DNA of 64,000 nt from Alphaproteobacteria bacterium (GTDB taxonomy: Bacteria; Pseudomonadota; Alphaproteobacteria; Rickettsiales; UBA998): positions 3,325 through 67,324 of the forward strand of contig JAYUJH010000041.1 in NCBI GenBank assembly GCA_043765375.1. The letters run 5' to 3'. This document shows, in pieces, positions 19,416 through 29,260 of the stretch. A model generated the notes under the pieces. It was given only the letters and a program-made list of their open reading frames with translations. It did no database searches and was not told the DNA's origin. A program made the position numbers and the translations under genes. Each line of letters starts with the position of its first letter. The stretch's first letter is position 1.

Positions 19416-19440
19416 CGTCATACCAGCGGAGGCTGGTATC
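19416..19440. repeat. GTCATACCAGC/GCTGGTAT palindromic element (single hairpin copy)
   Basis: cGTCATACCAGC-GGAG-GCTGGTATc, 42 nt downstream of the gloB stop. Same arms as the elements at 22127, 29261-29480 and 34252. Confidence 0.7.
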
Positions 19441-19488
19441 TAAGATTTATAAATCATGTAACACTAGTTTGTGAATTGAAATGCAGGC

Positions 19489-19520
19489 AAAAAAATAAGG
19501 TAGCCCTTTGGGGGACTACC
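19489..19520 (-). terminator. rho-independent terminator of the 66-aa gene
   Basis: The minus strand reads GGTAGTCCCC-CAAA-GGGCTACC followed by TTATTTTTT, about 30 nt after the stop at 19549. Confidence 0.55.
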
Positions 19521-19548
19521 TTAAACCATAATCGTCAATCCTTATAGC

Positions 19549-19749
19549 TTACGCTTTAGGATCAACTTTTTCTTTTTCTTTTTCTTTTTCTGGTGGATCC
19601 CCTGTTGGATTTTCCTGCGTTACTCGGTGAGATTCTACTTTTTCTTGGTGAGACTCCACTTTTTCTTGAGTGGAATTGAAATCGGTCTTAAACTCTTCTC
19701 CGTCCGCGCTAGTATTTGTATCACTTCCTTGACCAATCTTTGTTGACAT
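19549..19749 (-). CDS. small acidic repeat protein (66 aa)
   Basis: Perfect SD AGGAGG 8 nt upstream of the ATG, with a terminator downstream. Internal QEKVESH x2 and (EK)n repeats. A Fur-box-like palindrome lies upstream. Confidence 0.6.
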   Translation of the reverse strand: MSTKIGQGSDTNTSADGEEFKTDFNSTQEKVESHQEKVESHRVTQENPTGDPPEKEKEKEKVDPKA

Positions 19750-19815
19750 AATAAAAACCTCCTAAAGGTTTCTAATTTTATTCGTAACCGTAACCGAAAA
19801 TAACTTGTGCCTGTT

Positions 19816-19834
19816 GATAATGAAAATCATTATC
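19816..19834. promoter_or_regulatory. Fur-box-like palindrome
   Basis: GATAATGAAAATCATTATC matches the classical 19-bp Fur consensus GATAATGATAATCATTATC at 18/19 positions. It lies 67 nt upstream of the 66-aa ORF start and 180 nt upstream of tkt. Confidence 0.6.
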
Positions 19835-20014
19835 AAATGATGGCGAAGACAAAGTTATAAAAATACTTTACCCCTCCCCCCTCGTTAATGTCAATGTAAT
19901 TAATATTAAGATTATGTGACAGGAGTTTCTCATCAAAAATAGCTTTGCATAGTTTGTTGTTTCTGTTATTAATTATGGTGATATTTTAACTTATATTTCA
20001 AAGACAAAATAACA

Positions 20015-22051
20015 ATGCAGCAATCAGCCAATGACACTCAAAATAATGCCACTCAAAATAATTCTCCTGCATCAAAAGCCATATCAGATATGACGCTCGC
20101 CAACGCCATTCGCGCGCTTAGTATGGACGCTGTGCAAGCGGCGAATTCGGGTCACCCCGGTATGCCAATGGGTATGGCTGATGTGGCAAGTATTTTGTGG
20201 CGGGAATTTTTGCACCATAACCCCGCTAATCCCAACTGGGCAGGGCGGGATAGGTTCGTGCTTTCGGCTGGTCATGGCTCAATGCTGCTATATTCGCTAA
20301 TGTATCTAAGTGGTTATGCGGACATCACCCTTGATGAGATTAAAAACTTTCGCCAAATGGGAGCAAAAACTTGCGGTCACCCTGAATATGGCGTGGCAAG
20401 CGGGATTGAAACAACGACGGGCCCCCTCGGGCAAGGCTTGGCAAATGCGGTGGGAATGGCTCTCGCAGAACGTATGATGAACGCTCAATTTGATGATATA
20501 TGTGATAATTTCACCTATTGCATCGTGGGTGATGGCTGTTTGATGGAGGGTATCTCGCAGGAAGCAGCGTCTTTTGCGGTGCATTTGAAATTGAACAAGT
20601 TGATTGTGCTATTTGACGATAATGGAATATCAATTGATGGGGCAACCTCGCTTGCAACATCGGAGGATAATTGCAAGCGGTTTGAGGCGTTAGGTTTTGC
20701 GGTGCAAGCGATTGATGGTCATGATGCAACGGCAATTCGTAATGCGCTGGCTCAAGCACAAAAATCATATAAACCATCATTTATTGCTTGCAAAACTACG
20801 ATTGGTTATGGCGCACCAACCAAGGCGGGGACATCATCAAGCCATGGTTCACCGCTAGGAGAGGCGGAGATTGCGGGGGCGAAAGCTGCGCTTGGCTGGG
20901 GTTACGGAGCGTTTGAAGTTCCCGCTGAAGTGCTGAATGAATGGCGAGTTGGGTTAGCCAAAGGCGCAGAGTTGGAGGAGAAATGGCAAGCTGCATTTGC
21001 AAAATTATCAGATGCTCAACAAACTGAGTTCAAGCGATTGACTGAAGGTGAATTGTCAAATGGCTGGTTGGAGATAATGCAGGAAACTAAGGCGAAATGG
21101 TTGGCAAATCCGCTGGTGCAAGCAACGAGGCAATCATCGCAGGAGTCGCTTGCAATATTAACTGTGGCAATCCCTGAATTGATTGGTGGCTCGGCGGATT
21201 TAACGGGTTCAAACCTGACTAAAGTATCGCAAACTATAGCATTAAATGCGGATAATTTTGCTGGTCGCTATATCCATTATGGCGTGCGTGAACATGCGAT
21301 GGGTGCAATCATGAACGGGCTTGCGTTATATAGCGGATATATTCCTTATGGTGGGACTTTTCTGGTGTTTAGCGATTATATGCGCACGCCAATTCGCCTG
21401 AGTGCATTAATGCAAATTGGGGTGATTTATGTGATGACGCATGATTCAATTGGGGTTGGTGAAGATGGTCCAACGCATCAACCAATTGAGCATTTAGCAT
21501 CATTGCGGGCGATGCCAAATGTGAATGTAATGCGTCCATGTGACCGCATTGAAACGCTGGAATGTTGGGAAATTGCGGTGAAAATGCGCAAAACTCCAAG
21601 CATATTGGCACTGACACGGCAAAATCTGCCGCAATTGCGGATTGATGGGTTGGAGAATGCTGTTGAAAATAAATCGGCTTTGGGTGGCTATGCGTTGCGC
21701 ACCAGCAATGATGATGTGGCGGTGTTGGTGGCAACTGGTTCAGAGGTGCATTTGGCGGTGAATGCTGCTGATGAGTTAGCGAAAAATGGCGTGAATGTGC
21801 GGGTTATATCCATGCCATGTGTTGAGTTATTTTTGGCGCAACCGCAGGATTATCAAACAAAATTGTTTGGTGAATTGCCTTGTATTGCGATTGAGGCAGC
21901 GAGTTCATTTGGGTGGCATCGTATTATTGGTAGAAATGGGATATGTATTTGTATTGATTCATTCGGGGAATCCGCTCCTGCGCCAGCGTTATTTGAGCAT
22001 TTTGGTTTGAGTGTTGCTAACATTATTAGCAAGGTTAAAGGGTTGATATAA
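20015..22051 (+). CDS. tkt: transketolase
   Basis: 678 aa. Motifs SGHPGMPMGMA, GDGCLMEGIS, THDSIGVGEDGPTHQP. Confidence 0.95.
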   Translation: MQQSANDTQNNATQNNSPASKAISDMTLANAIRALSMDAVQAANSGHPGMPMGMADVASILWREFLHHNPANPNWAGRDRFVLSAGHGSMLLYSLMYLSGYADITLDEIKNFRQMGAKTCGHPEYGVASGIETTTGPLGQGLANAVGMALAERMMNAQFDDICDNFTYCIVGDGCLMEGISQEAASFAVHLKLNKLIVLFDDNGISIDGATSLATSEDNCKRFEALGFAVQAIDGHDATAIRNALAQAQKSYKPSFIACKTTIGYGAPTKAGTSSSHGSPLGEAEIAGAKAALGWGYGAFEVPAEVLNEWRVGLAKGAELEEKWQAAFAKLSDAQQTEFKRLTEGELSNGWLEIMQETKAKWLANPLVQATRQSSQESLAILTVAIPELIGGSADLTGSNLTKVSQTIALNADNFAGRYIHYGVREHAMGAIMNGLALYSGYIPYGGTFLVFSDYMRTPIRLSALMQIGVIYVMTHDSIGVGEDGPTHQPIEHLASLRAMPNVNVMRPCDRIETLECWEIAVKMRKTPSILALTRQNLPQLRIDGLENAVENKSALGGYALRTSNDDVAVLVATGSEVHLAVNAADELAKNGVNVRVISMPCVELFLAQPQDYQTKLFGELPCIAIEAASSFGWHRIIGRNGICICIDSFGESAPAPALFEHFGLSVANIISKVKGLI

Positions 22052-22056
22052 GCACT

Positions 22057-22105
22057 GCGAATGATAATCATTCTCATAAATATGGTGAGAATGAGAATCG
22101 TTTGC
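22057..22105. promoter_or_regulatory. two tandem Fur-box-like sites
   Basis: 22057-22075 GCGAATGATAATCATTCTC matches the Fur consensus at 16/19, with a perfect 7-1-7 palindromic core. 22087-22105 GAGAATGAGAATCGTTTGC matches at 13/19. Both lie just after the tkt stop. Confidence 0.4.
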
Positions 22106-22126
22106 AGTAATTTTGGGTGATTTTTT

Positions 22127-22192
22127 GATACCAGAGTTTTATTTGTGTTTTTTTGGCTGGTATGACGGCAGAATCATAGGGGCTGGTATGAC
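22127..22192. repeat. GCTGGTATGAC palindromic element copies
   Basis: GATACCAG...GGCTGGTATGACG...TCATAGGGGCTGGTATGAC. The last 19 nt are nearly identical to 29409-29427. Confidence 0.7.
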
Positions 22193-22392
22193 AAAACAAA
22201 AAACCACCTCCACACAAAAAACATAATTATAAAAAAACATAATTATGGAAAATATATTTTATACCCTTCCAGCATCATTGAAAATATTGTTGATTGATAT
22301 GCAAGTATTGGTTCTGTTGTGATTTTGCTAGCGTATCAGCGAAGTTATAACACAAGCTAACATGCAAGCATTTTTCAAAGGGTGAAATATTT

Positions 22393-25300
22393 ATGGCGTC
22401 AATTATCTTATCAGCAGCGGGAGCAGCAGTTGGAGCAGGCTTGCCCGTGGTGGGCCCTGTGATTGGCGCAACCATAGGGCGGGCGATTGGTGCAAGCGTT
22501 GGCGGAGTGGTTGATAATGCGATCTTTGGTGAACCAACAAGGCAAACACAAGGGGCGAGATTGAGTGACCTTGGGGTGCAAGTTTCAACTTATGGCAAGG
22601 TAATTCCATTAATTTATGGCACAATTCGGCTTGCTGGTAATGTGATTTGGGCGACTAAAATCAAAGAAACTGCCACCACCACAACTAGCCGTTCGGGCGG
22701 TGGCAAGGGCGGTGGAGGGGTGAAAACTTCAGCGACAAATTATAGTTATTCAGTATCACTGGCAATTAGCATATGTGCGGGTGAGGTGAGCGAAATTATT
22801 CGCACATGGGCAGATGCAAAATTATTGAACTCCAGCTATGGAACTTATCGGGTTTATAAAGGGACGGAAGCACAATTGCCTGATTCACTGATTGAAGCAT
22901 TTGAGGGGGTAGGTAAATGCCCTGCTTATCGTGGGTTGGCTTATGTGGTGATTGAGGATTTTCCGCTAGCAGATTTTGGTAATCGTATTCCTAACTTCAC
23001 ATTTGAGGTTAAGCGCAAGGTTCGCACTCCAGATTATGAAGGGCAGACAACGGAAGAAATGGTCAAAGCAATGACAATAATTCCCGGGGCGGGCGAGTTT
23101 GTTTATGATACTGTTAAACAAACAAAAATCCAAGGTGAATATGCGGGTGCGAGTTTTGCACAAACAGCTTTGCAACAGCCTATCAATTATCATACTAATG
23201 AAGATGATACGAATGCGATTGTGGCAATAAACCAACTTGCTGAAACATGTCCAAACTTGGAGTGGGTGAGTGTGGTGGTGACATGGTTTGGCGATTCACT
23301 CAATGCGGGGGCGTGCAAGATTTTGCCAGCGGTGGAATATAAGAATGCAATTTCAAGCCCGAATGATTGGCTAGTTGCGGGATATAATCGTGGCAATGCA
23401 AGGCAGATGACGTTGGTTGATGGCAGCCCCCGCTATGGTGGAACTCCAAGTGATGCAAGCGTGGTGCGGTTGGTGGCAGCATTGCGGGCGCAAGGTTATA
23501 AGGTGATGTTTTATCCAATGTTTTTTATGGATTTAGCAAGCAAGCCATGGCGGGGGCGGGTGACTGGTTTGCCTGCTGATGTGGCAAGTTTTTTCATTAA
23601 GCCAGAGGGTTATAATGCGTTTATTAACCATTATGCAGGATTAATGCAAAATAAAGTGGATAGCTTTGTGATTGGCTCAGAGTTGATTGGATTAACCAAA
23701 GTTGCATCATCGGCGGGGGTTTATCCTGCGGTTGATGCTTTAGTGGGGTTGGCTAGCACAGTGAAGGCGGTGATGGGGGCTGTGACAAAGATAACTTACG
23801 CTGCGGATTGGTCTGAATATCACCATAGTGATGGCGGGTGGTATAATATGGATTCTCTATGGGCATCGCCGAATATTGATGTGATTGGGATAGATGCTTA
23901 TTTTCCGTTGACTAATTCTTCACAAGCAGAACTTGGCTATGGGTTGCAACCCGTGATGAATGGTTGGGGGCAGGGTGAAGGTTATGATTATTATTATACG
24001 GATAATTCACGCACCAACACTGCACCACTTGGGGCGGCTTATGCGTGGAAAAATATTGATTGGTTTTGGAGGAATGATCATTATAATCCAAATGGTGCAA
24101 AAACGGCGTGGGTGCCGCAATCTAAGAAAATATGGTTCACGGAATATGGATTTCCAAGTGTTGATGGTGCGTCTAATCAGCCAAATGTATTTTATGATCC
24201 AACAAGCTCGGAGAGTTATTTTCCAAGGCTTTCAAATGGGTTGGTGGATTTTCGGGCGCAACGAACAGCAATCACAGCAACGATAGCGCATTTTAAGAAT
24301 AGTGCATTTTTGGAGCAAATGTTTTTGTGGACGTGGGACGCTCGCCCCTTTCCATATTTTCCTGATTTGCGTAATGTGTGGGCAGATGGTGGCGTATGGG
24401 TGACGGGGCATTGGGTGAGTGGCAAGTTTGGTATGTCAGGGTTGGCTGGAATTGTGCGTGATATTTGCATAAAAGCGGGGCTTGATGATGCACAAATTGA
24501 TGTTTCACGCTTAACTGAGCAAGTGGAAGGCTATATTATTTCAGGGCGCACCACAGCTTATGATGCGTTGCAGGAGTTGATGCAAGCATATTTCTTTGAT
24601 GCGGTGGAGAGCGAACAAACATTGCGGTTTGTGCCAAGGGGAGCTGTTGGGGCTGGAAGTTCTATAATAATTCAGGCAGATGAATTATTATTTGATGGCA
24701 AAAATGAAGCATTACAAAAAACTCGTCGTCATGAGTTGGAATTACCACATTTATGTGAAGTATTATATTTAAGCAGGGCAAGTGGTTATCAAATTGGAAC
24801 TGCTCGGGCAACTCGGCAATTGACGCAAAGCAAAAATAAATACGCGCTTAATTTGCCAATTGTGATGTCAGCAACAGATGCAAGCGCAATTTCAGAGAAA
24901 TATTTATATTTAACATGGCTGGCACGCACGGCTTATCGGTTTTCGCTTGATAGGAAATATAGTGCATTGCAACCAACTGATGTTATCACTATCATTGAGC
25001 AGGGTATATCATCGCAAATGCGCATCATTAAAATGGTGCATGATGCAGGGCGAACAGTGATTGACGCAGTTTCAGAAAATATTGCATTATATCAACCAAG
25101 CCGCATTGCGGAGCAATTACCACCATCAGTTGCAATTGCTGTGAAAATTGCTGAAACTGAATATGAATTATTGGATATTCCAGCTTTGCCAAGTGATTTA
25201 TCCACCCAATCAGTGATGAGGGTCGCTGCTGTTGGTGTGGCAAGCGGTTGGAGTGGTTGTGCGATTTATTCGGCGCAAACTAGCAATGATTATGTGCGGT

Positions 25301-26076
25301 TGGGTGATGTTGCAAGCGGGAGCATATTCGGCAAAGTGCAAGCAATTCCAGCTAATTTTGCGGGGGGGAATATATTTGATGAAACAAGCGTGATTAGCGT
25401 GTTGTTGATTGCGGGGGGAGAATTGCAAAATGTGAGCGAACTTGCATTGTTAAATGGCGAGAATGCTGCATTAATTGGTGATGAGATTATTCAATTTATG
25501 AATGTGGAGATGTTAGGTGCGGGTAAATATCGGTTGCGACGATTATTGCGGGGCAGGCTTGGCACAAACTGGGCGATGAATATTCATAATGTGGGTGAGC
25601 GATTTGTGTTGCTGGGAACGGAACTTGGCAGCATTAGCGTTGCACCTGCAAATATTGGGGTGACAAAGTCATATAAAGCGGTCAGTTTTGGGCAAAGTTT
25701 GGGGGAGGTGCAACCACGCAATTTCAGTTTTAATGCGGTATGTCTGCGCCCTTATGCGCCTGTGCATCTCCAGATTTCAGGCGTTGCGGGTGGAAATATC
25801 AGTATAATATGGGTGCGATGTGATAGACTTTATGGTGCGTGGCGAGATTCTATGGATATTGGTTTGAGCGAGGCGCAGGAATTATATGATATTGAGATAT
25901 ATATTGGCGGGGTGTTGAAGCGCAAAACGCAAACGAATAATCCGTTATTTAATTATTCACCCGCAATGCAAGCGATTGATGCAGTTGTGGCGGGTAATTT
26001 AATGCTGGTTAAGATATGCCAAATATCCAATATAGTTGGGGCTGGATTATCAGTAGAATTAGTGCAGATTATTTGA
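22393..26076 (+). CDS. GTA ORFg15-like host-specificity/tail protein (GTA TIM-barrel-like plus phage-tail domains)
   Basis: 1227 aa. Gly-zipper N-terminus, then YGKVIPLIYGTIRLAGNVIW, YSYSVSLAISICAGEV, YRGLAYVVIEDFPLADFGNRIPNFTFEV and PWRGRVTG. These blocks are as remembered from RcGTA g15 homologs. Confidence 0.85.
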   Translation: MASIILSAAGAAVGAGLPVVGPVIGATIGRAIGASVGGVVDNAIFGEPTRQTQGARLSDLGVQVSTYGKVIPLIYGTIRLAGNVIWATKIKETATTTTSRSGGGKGGGGVKTSATNYSYSVSLAISICAGEVSEIIRTWADAKLLNSSYGTYRVYKGTEAQLPDSLIEAFEGVGKCPAYRGLAYVVIEDFPLADFGNRIPNFTFEVKRKVRTPDYEGQTTEEMVKAMTIIPGAGEFVYDTVKQTKIQGEYAGASFAQTALQQPINYHTNEDDTNAIVAINQLAETCPNLEWVSVVVTWFGDSLNAGACKILPAVEYKNAISSPNDWLVAGYNRGNARQMTLVDGSPRYGGTPSDASVVRLVAALRAQGYKVMFYPMFFMDLASKPWRGRVTGLPADVASFFIKPEGYNAFINHYAGLMQNKVDSFVIGSELIGLTKVASSAGVYPAVDALVGLASTVKAVMGAVTKITYAADWSEYHHSDGGWYNMDSLWASPNIDVIGIDAYFPLTNSSQAELGYGLQPVMNGWGQGEGYDYYYTDNSRTNTAPLGAAYAWKNIDWFWRNDHYNPNGAKTAWVPQSKKIWFTEYGFPSVDGASNQPNVFYDPTSSESYFPRLSNGLVDFRAQRTAITATIAHFKNSAFLEQMFLWTWDARPFPYFPDLRNVWADGGVWVTGHWVSGKFGMSGLAGIVRDICIKAGLDDAQIDVSRLTEQVEGYIISGRTTAYDALQELMQAYFFDAVESEQTLRFVPRGAVGAGSSIIIQADELLFDGKNEALQKTRRHELELPHLCEVLYLSRASGYQIGTARATRQLTQSKNKYALNLPIVMSATDASAISEKYLYLTWLARTAYRFSLDRKYSALQPTDVITIIEQGISSQMRIIKMVHDAGRTVIDAVSENIALYQPSRIAEQLPPSVAIAVKIAETEYELLDIPALPSDLSTQSVMRVAAVGVASGWSGCAIYSAQTSNDYVRLGDVASGSIFGKVQAIPANFAGGNIFDETSVISVLLIAGGELQNVSELALLNGENAALIGDEIIQFMNVEMLGAGKYRLRRLLRGRLGTNWAMNIHNVGERFVLLGTELGSISVAPANIGVTKSYKAVSFGQSLGEVQPRNFSFNAVCLRPYAPVHLQISGVAGGNISIIWVRCDRLYGAWRDSMDIGLSEAQELYDIEIYIGGVLKRKTQTNNPLFNYSPAMQAIDAVVAGNLMLVKICQISNIVGAGLSVELVQII

Positions 26077-26199
26077 ACAATAGTTGATTTTAGCAATAAT
26101 TATTTGCATTATGTTGCCCCTTGACCTTAAATTGTAATAATTAAATGGTAATGTAATTTTATTGGTAAAAATATTAATTATATATAGAGGTTGAGTGTT

Positions 26200-26553
26200 A
26201 TGGCAGAAGATGGAAATTTTGGTAGAAAAGCTGGTGAAATTGCTAGTGATATAGGTAAGGGTATTAGCGATGTATTTGGGCCAGTTTTGAAATGGATTTC
26301 AACGGACGGTTTGAAGATGGCTGGCGATGCCTTAAAGACGGTTACTAGCGGTTTGGGAGATATGGTTCAATCAATTGCGAAATCTATGAGTGGTGGCAAA
26401 AAAGATAATAGTGATGTGGCACTTGCTCCAGAAGCGGCGGCGGCTGTTGGATTTGGTAATAGTGCAAAATCTCCTGCGGTGCAAAGCTCTGGTGGAGTTG
26501 CGCCTGCTCTATCACCTGATGCAACAGATAAAAGTGCTTCTCAACAAAGATAA
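26200..26553 (+). CDS. hypothetical Gly/Ser/Ala-rich small protein
   Basis: ATG 26200 is preceded by AGAGG at 9 nt. 117 aa, low complexity, no family recognised. Confidence 0.45.
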   Translation: MAEDGNFGRKAGEIASDIGKGISDVFGPVLKWISTDGLKMAGDALKTVTSGLGDMVQSIAKSMSGGKKDNSDVALAPEAAAAVGFGNSAKSPAVQSSGGVAPALSPDATDKSASQQR

Positions 26554-26790
26554 TAAAATTAATAAATATTGCGTTTGTGTTAATTTATGATGCGATGCAA
26601 TGTTTTGTGGTTGCTTTTTGGTGAAAAAATGGTTATTATGTGCTTATTGTTAATGAATAGTTAATTATTAATTTGTTGAGTTAGTAAAGCATCAAATTAG
26701 TAAAATACTAAATTGATGAAATATTAACTGATAATTTTATATTAATAATTACATACAAACCATACCACACATAAACCATTAGGCACATTT

Positions 26791-27705
26791 ATGAAAAAAA
26801 TTAAGAAGGTAGTATTCCCCGTCGGTGGGCTTGGCACAAGATTTTTGCCAGCCACCAAATCTATGCCTAAAGAAATGATGCCAGTGGTTGATAAGCCATT
26901 AATTCATTATGCTTTTGAAGAAGCTCGTGACGCTGGAATTGAGGAGTTTATTTTCATAACAGGGCGTGCGAAAAATGCGATTTTTAACCATTTTGATCAT
27001 AATTATGAATTGCAACGAATATTAAACGATAAAGATAAGCAAGAGGAATTGCATCAAGTTCGTGGTTGGATGACAGAACCTGGGTCAATGGTGTTTATAC
27101 GTCAGCAAGAGCCAAAAGGCTTGGGTCATGCTATTTGGTGCGCCAGAAATGTGATTGGGGATCAACCATTTGCGGTGATTTTAGCTGATGATTTGATTAT
27201 GTCGCAAACGCCGTGCATTCAACAATTAATAGAATTATCAGAACGTTATGATAATAAGGCGAATATTGTTGCGGCAACTCGTGTGGAGGAATCGCAGACT
27301 AATAAATATGGAATATTGCAACCAAGTGGAATTGATGGCAAATGCGTCACGGTGAGCGGATTGGTGGAAAAGCCAGCGCCCGCCGATGCACCATCTAATA
27401 TTGCGATTATCGGGCGATATATATTGCAACCAAGCATTTTTAGCTATCTTGAAAATCAACAAACAGGGGCAGGCGGTGAGGTGCAAATCACCGATGCAAT
27501 TAGCCGTTCAATTGGTGAACATCAAGTTTTGGGTTGCCTATATGAAGGAGAGCGATTTGATTGCGGTGATAAAGCTGGATTCATCAAGGCAAATATCGCT
27601 TATGCTTTGAAAAATGCGGAAATATCAGGGGCAGTTGCGGATTATATCCGTGAATTGCAAACCTCGCATCAATCGCTAAATATCAAGTTTGTTGATGCTG
27701 CTTAA
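26791..27705 (+). CDS. galU: UTP-glucose-1-phosphate uridylyltransferase
   Basis: The N-terminal VFPVGGLGTRFLPATKSMPKEMMPVVDKP block is diagnostic. Confidence 0.93.
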   Translation: MKKIKKVVFPVGGLGTRFLPATKSMPKEMMPVVDKPLIHYAFEEARDAGIEEFIFITGRAKNAIFNHFDHNYELQRILNDKDKQEELHQVRGWMTEPGSMVFIRQQEPKGLGHAIWCARNVIGDQPFAVILADDLIMSQTPCIQQLIELSERYDNKANIVAATRVEESQTNKYGILQPSGIDGKCVTVSGLVEKPAPADAPSNIAIIGRYILQPSIFSYLENQQTGAGGEVQITDAISRSIGEHQVLGCLYEGERFDCGDKAGFIKANIAYALKNAEISGAVADYIRELQTSHQSLNIKFVDAA

Positions 27706-27825
27706 AAGTTGTGGATTGCAACTTTTGCAACTAAAAACTTGTGCAAAACTTATAAAACGCATAATAATTAAGAATATGCATAACAACTAAGAATATAATT
27801 AATCACCATTTGAGGAAATAAATTA

Positions 27826-29196
27826 ATGAAAATCGCAGTAATTGGAACAGGCTATGTTGGCTTGGTGAGTGGAACATGTTTTGCTGAGCTAGGGTTTAAT
27901 GTGATATGCGTTGACAAAGATAAGCGCAAAGTGGCAAGCCTGCAACAAGGGATTGTGCCAATTTATGAGCCAGAACTTGAGGAGTTGATTAAGAAAAATG
28001 TGGCAGCGGGCAGGTTGCACTTCTCGGATAATTTGAGTGAATCAATCCAAGGGGCAGAGGTGATAAGCATTGCCGTTGGAACGCCTACTCGCAAGCAAGA
28101 TGGCAATGCGGATTTGACTTATGTTTATAATGTAGCGCGTGAAGTGGCATCAAGCCTTAAACATTATGCGGTGGTGGTGACAAAATCAACAGTTCCAGCG
28201 GGGACAAATCAAGAAATTAAGCGGATAATTCAAACAGCGAACTCTAAGGCAGAGTTTGACATTGCCTCCAACCCTGAGTTTTTGCGTGAAGGCAGTGCGG
28301 TTGATGATTTCTTAAACCCTGAACGAGTGGTGCTTGGCACAGAAACAAAGCGGGCGCAGGAAGTTTTAGCACGGCTTTATGCACCAATTGAGGCGAAGGG
28401 TTCGGTGATTTTGCATACTGACATAACTTCCGCGGAATTGATTAAATATGCGTCCAACACATTTTTGGCAACTAAGGTGAGTTTCATCAATGAGATGGCG
28501 GATTTATGCGAAAAAGTTGGTGGAAATATTGAAGATGTAGCTCGTGGAATGGGAACTGATTCTCGCATTGGTATGCGCTTTCTTGCCCCCGGCCCTGGTT
28601 ATGGTGGGTCGTGTTTCCCCAAGGATACTCTGGCAATGGTGCATATTGGGGAGCGTGCGCTAAGCCCAATCACCATTGTTGAGGCGGTGATTGCGGTTAA
28701 TCGCTCCCGTCCGCACCGCATGGTTGCCAAGGTGATTGATGCAGCGGGTGGAAATGTGCGGGGCAAAAATATTGCATTGTTGGGGCTAGCGTTCAAGGCG
28801 AATACTGACGATGTGCGTGATTCGGTAGCGATTATTATTGCGGAGGAATTGGCTCGCCATGGGGCAAATATAGTGGCTTATGACCCGAAAGGAATGCCGC
28901 ATACGAAAGAGATTTTGGGTGATTTAATCACTTATGTTGATTCAACTGATGCGGCGTTGACTGGTGCGGATTTATGCGTGCTTGCAACGGAATGGAAGGA
29001 GTTTGCACAATTAACGCCAGAGCGCATCATTGAATCGCTTAAACAACCATTATTGATTGATTTGCGCAATTTGTTTGACCCGCAAATAATGGCGGAGGCG
29101 GGCGTGATTTATCATTCGGTGGGGAGGCAATTTATCTGCCCTGTTGAAGTGAAAAAACAAATTGAGGCGAAAAATAATTCTCAGAAAGTGGCTTAA
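27826..29196 (+). CDS. ugd: UDP-glucose 6-dehydrogenase
   Basis: Motifs GTGYVGLVSG, NPEFLREGSA, GGSCFPKD. Confidence 0.93.
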   Translation: MKIAVIGTGYVGLVSGTCFAELGFNVICVDKDKRKVASLQQGIVPIYEPELEELIKKNVAAGRLHFSDNLSESIQGAEVISIAVGTPTRKQDGNADLTYVYNVAREVASSLKHYAVVVTKSTVPAGTNQEIKRIIQTANSKAEFDIASNPEFLREGSAVDDFLNPERVVLGTETKRAQEVLARLYAPIEAKGSVILHTDITSAELIKYASNTFLATKVSFINEMADLCEKVGGNIEDVARGMGTDSRIGMRFLAPGPGYGGSCFPKDTLAMVHIGERALSPITIVEAVIAVNRSRPHRMVAKVIDAAGGNVRGKNIALLGLAFKANTDDVRDSVAIIIAEELARHGANIVAYDPKGMPHTKEILGDLITYVDSTDAALTGADLCVLATEWKEFAQLTPERIIESLKQPLLIDLRNLFDPQIMAEAGVIYHSVGRQFICPVEVKKQIEAKNNSQKVA

Positions 29197-29260
29197 TTTG
29201 TGCAAAAATAAGGTTTGTTGTTGAGTTTATCATACCGTATTGATGTGATTTTTGTTCTGT

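Noticed and set aside
22275-22475. 66-aa minus-strand ORF overlapping the g15 start
   Set aside because: It is antisense to the Gly-zipper codons of g15 and extends into an AT-rich spacer, with no supporting signals.
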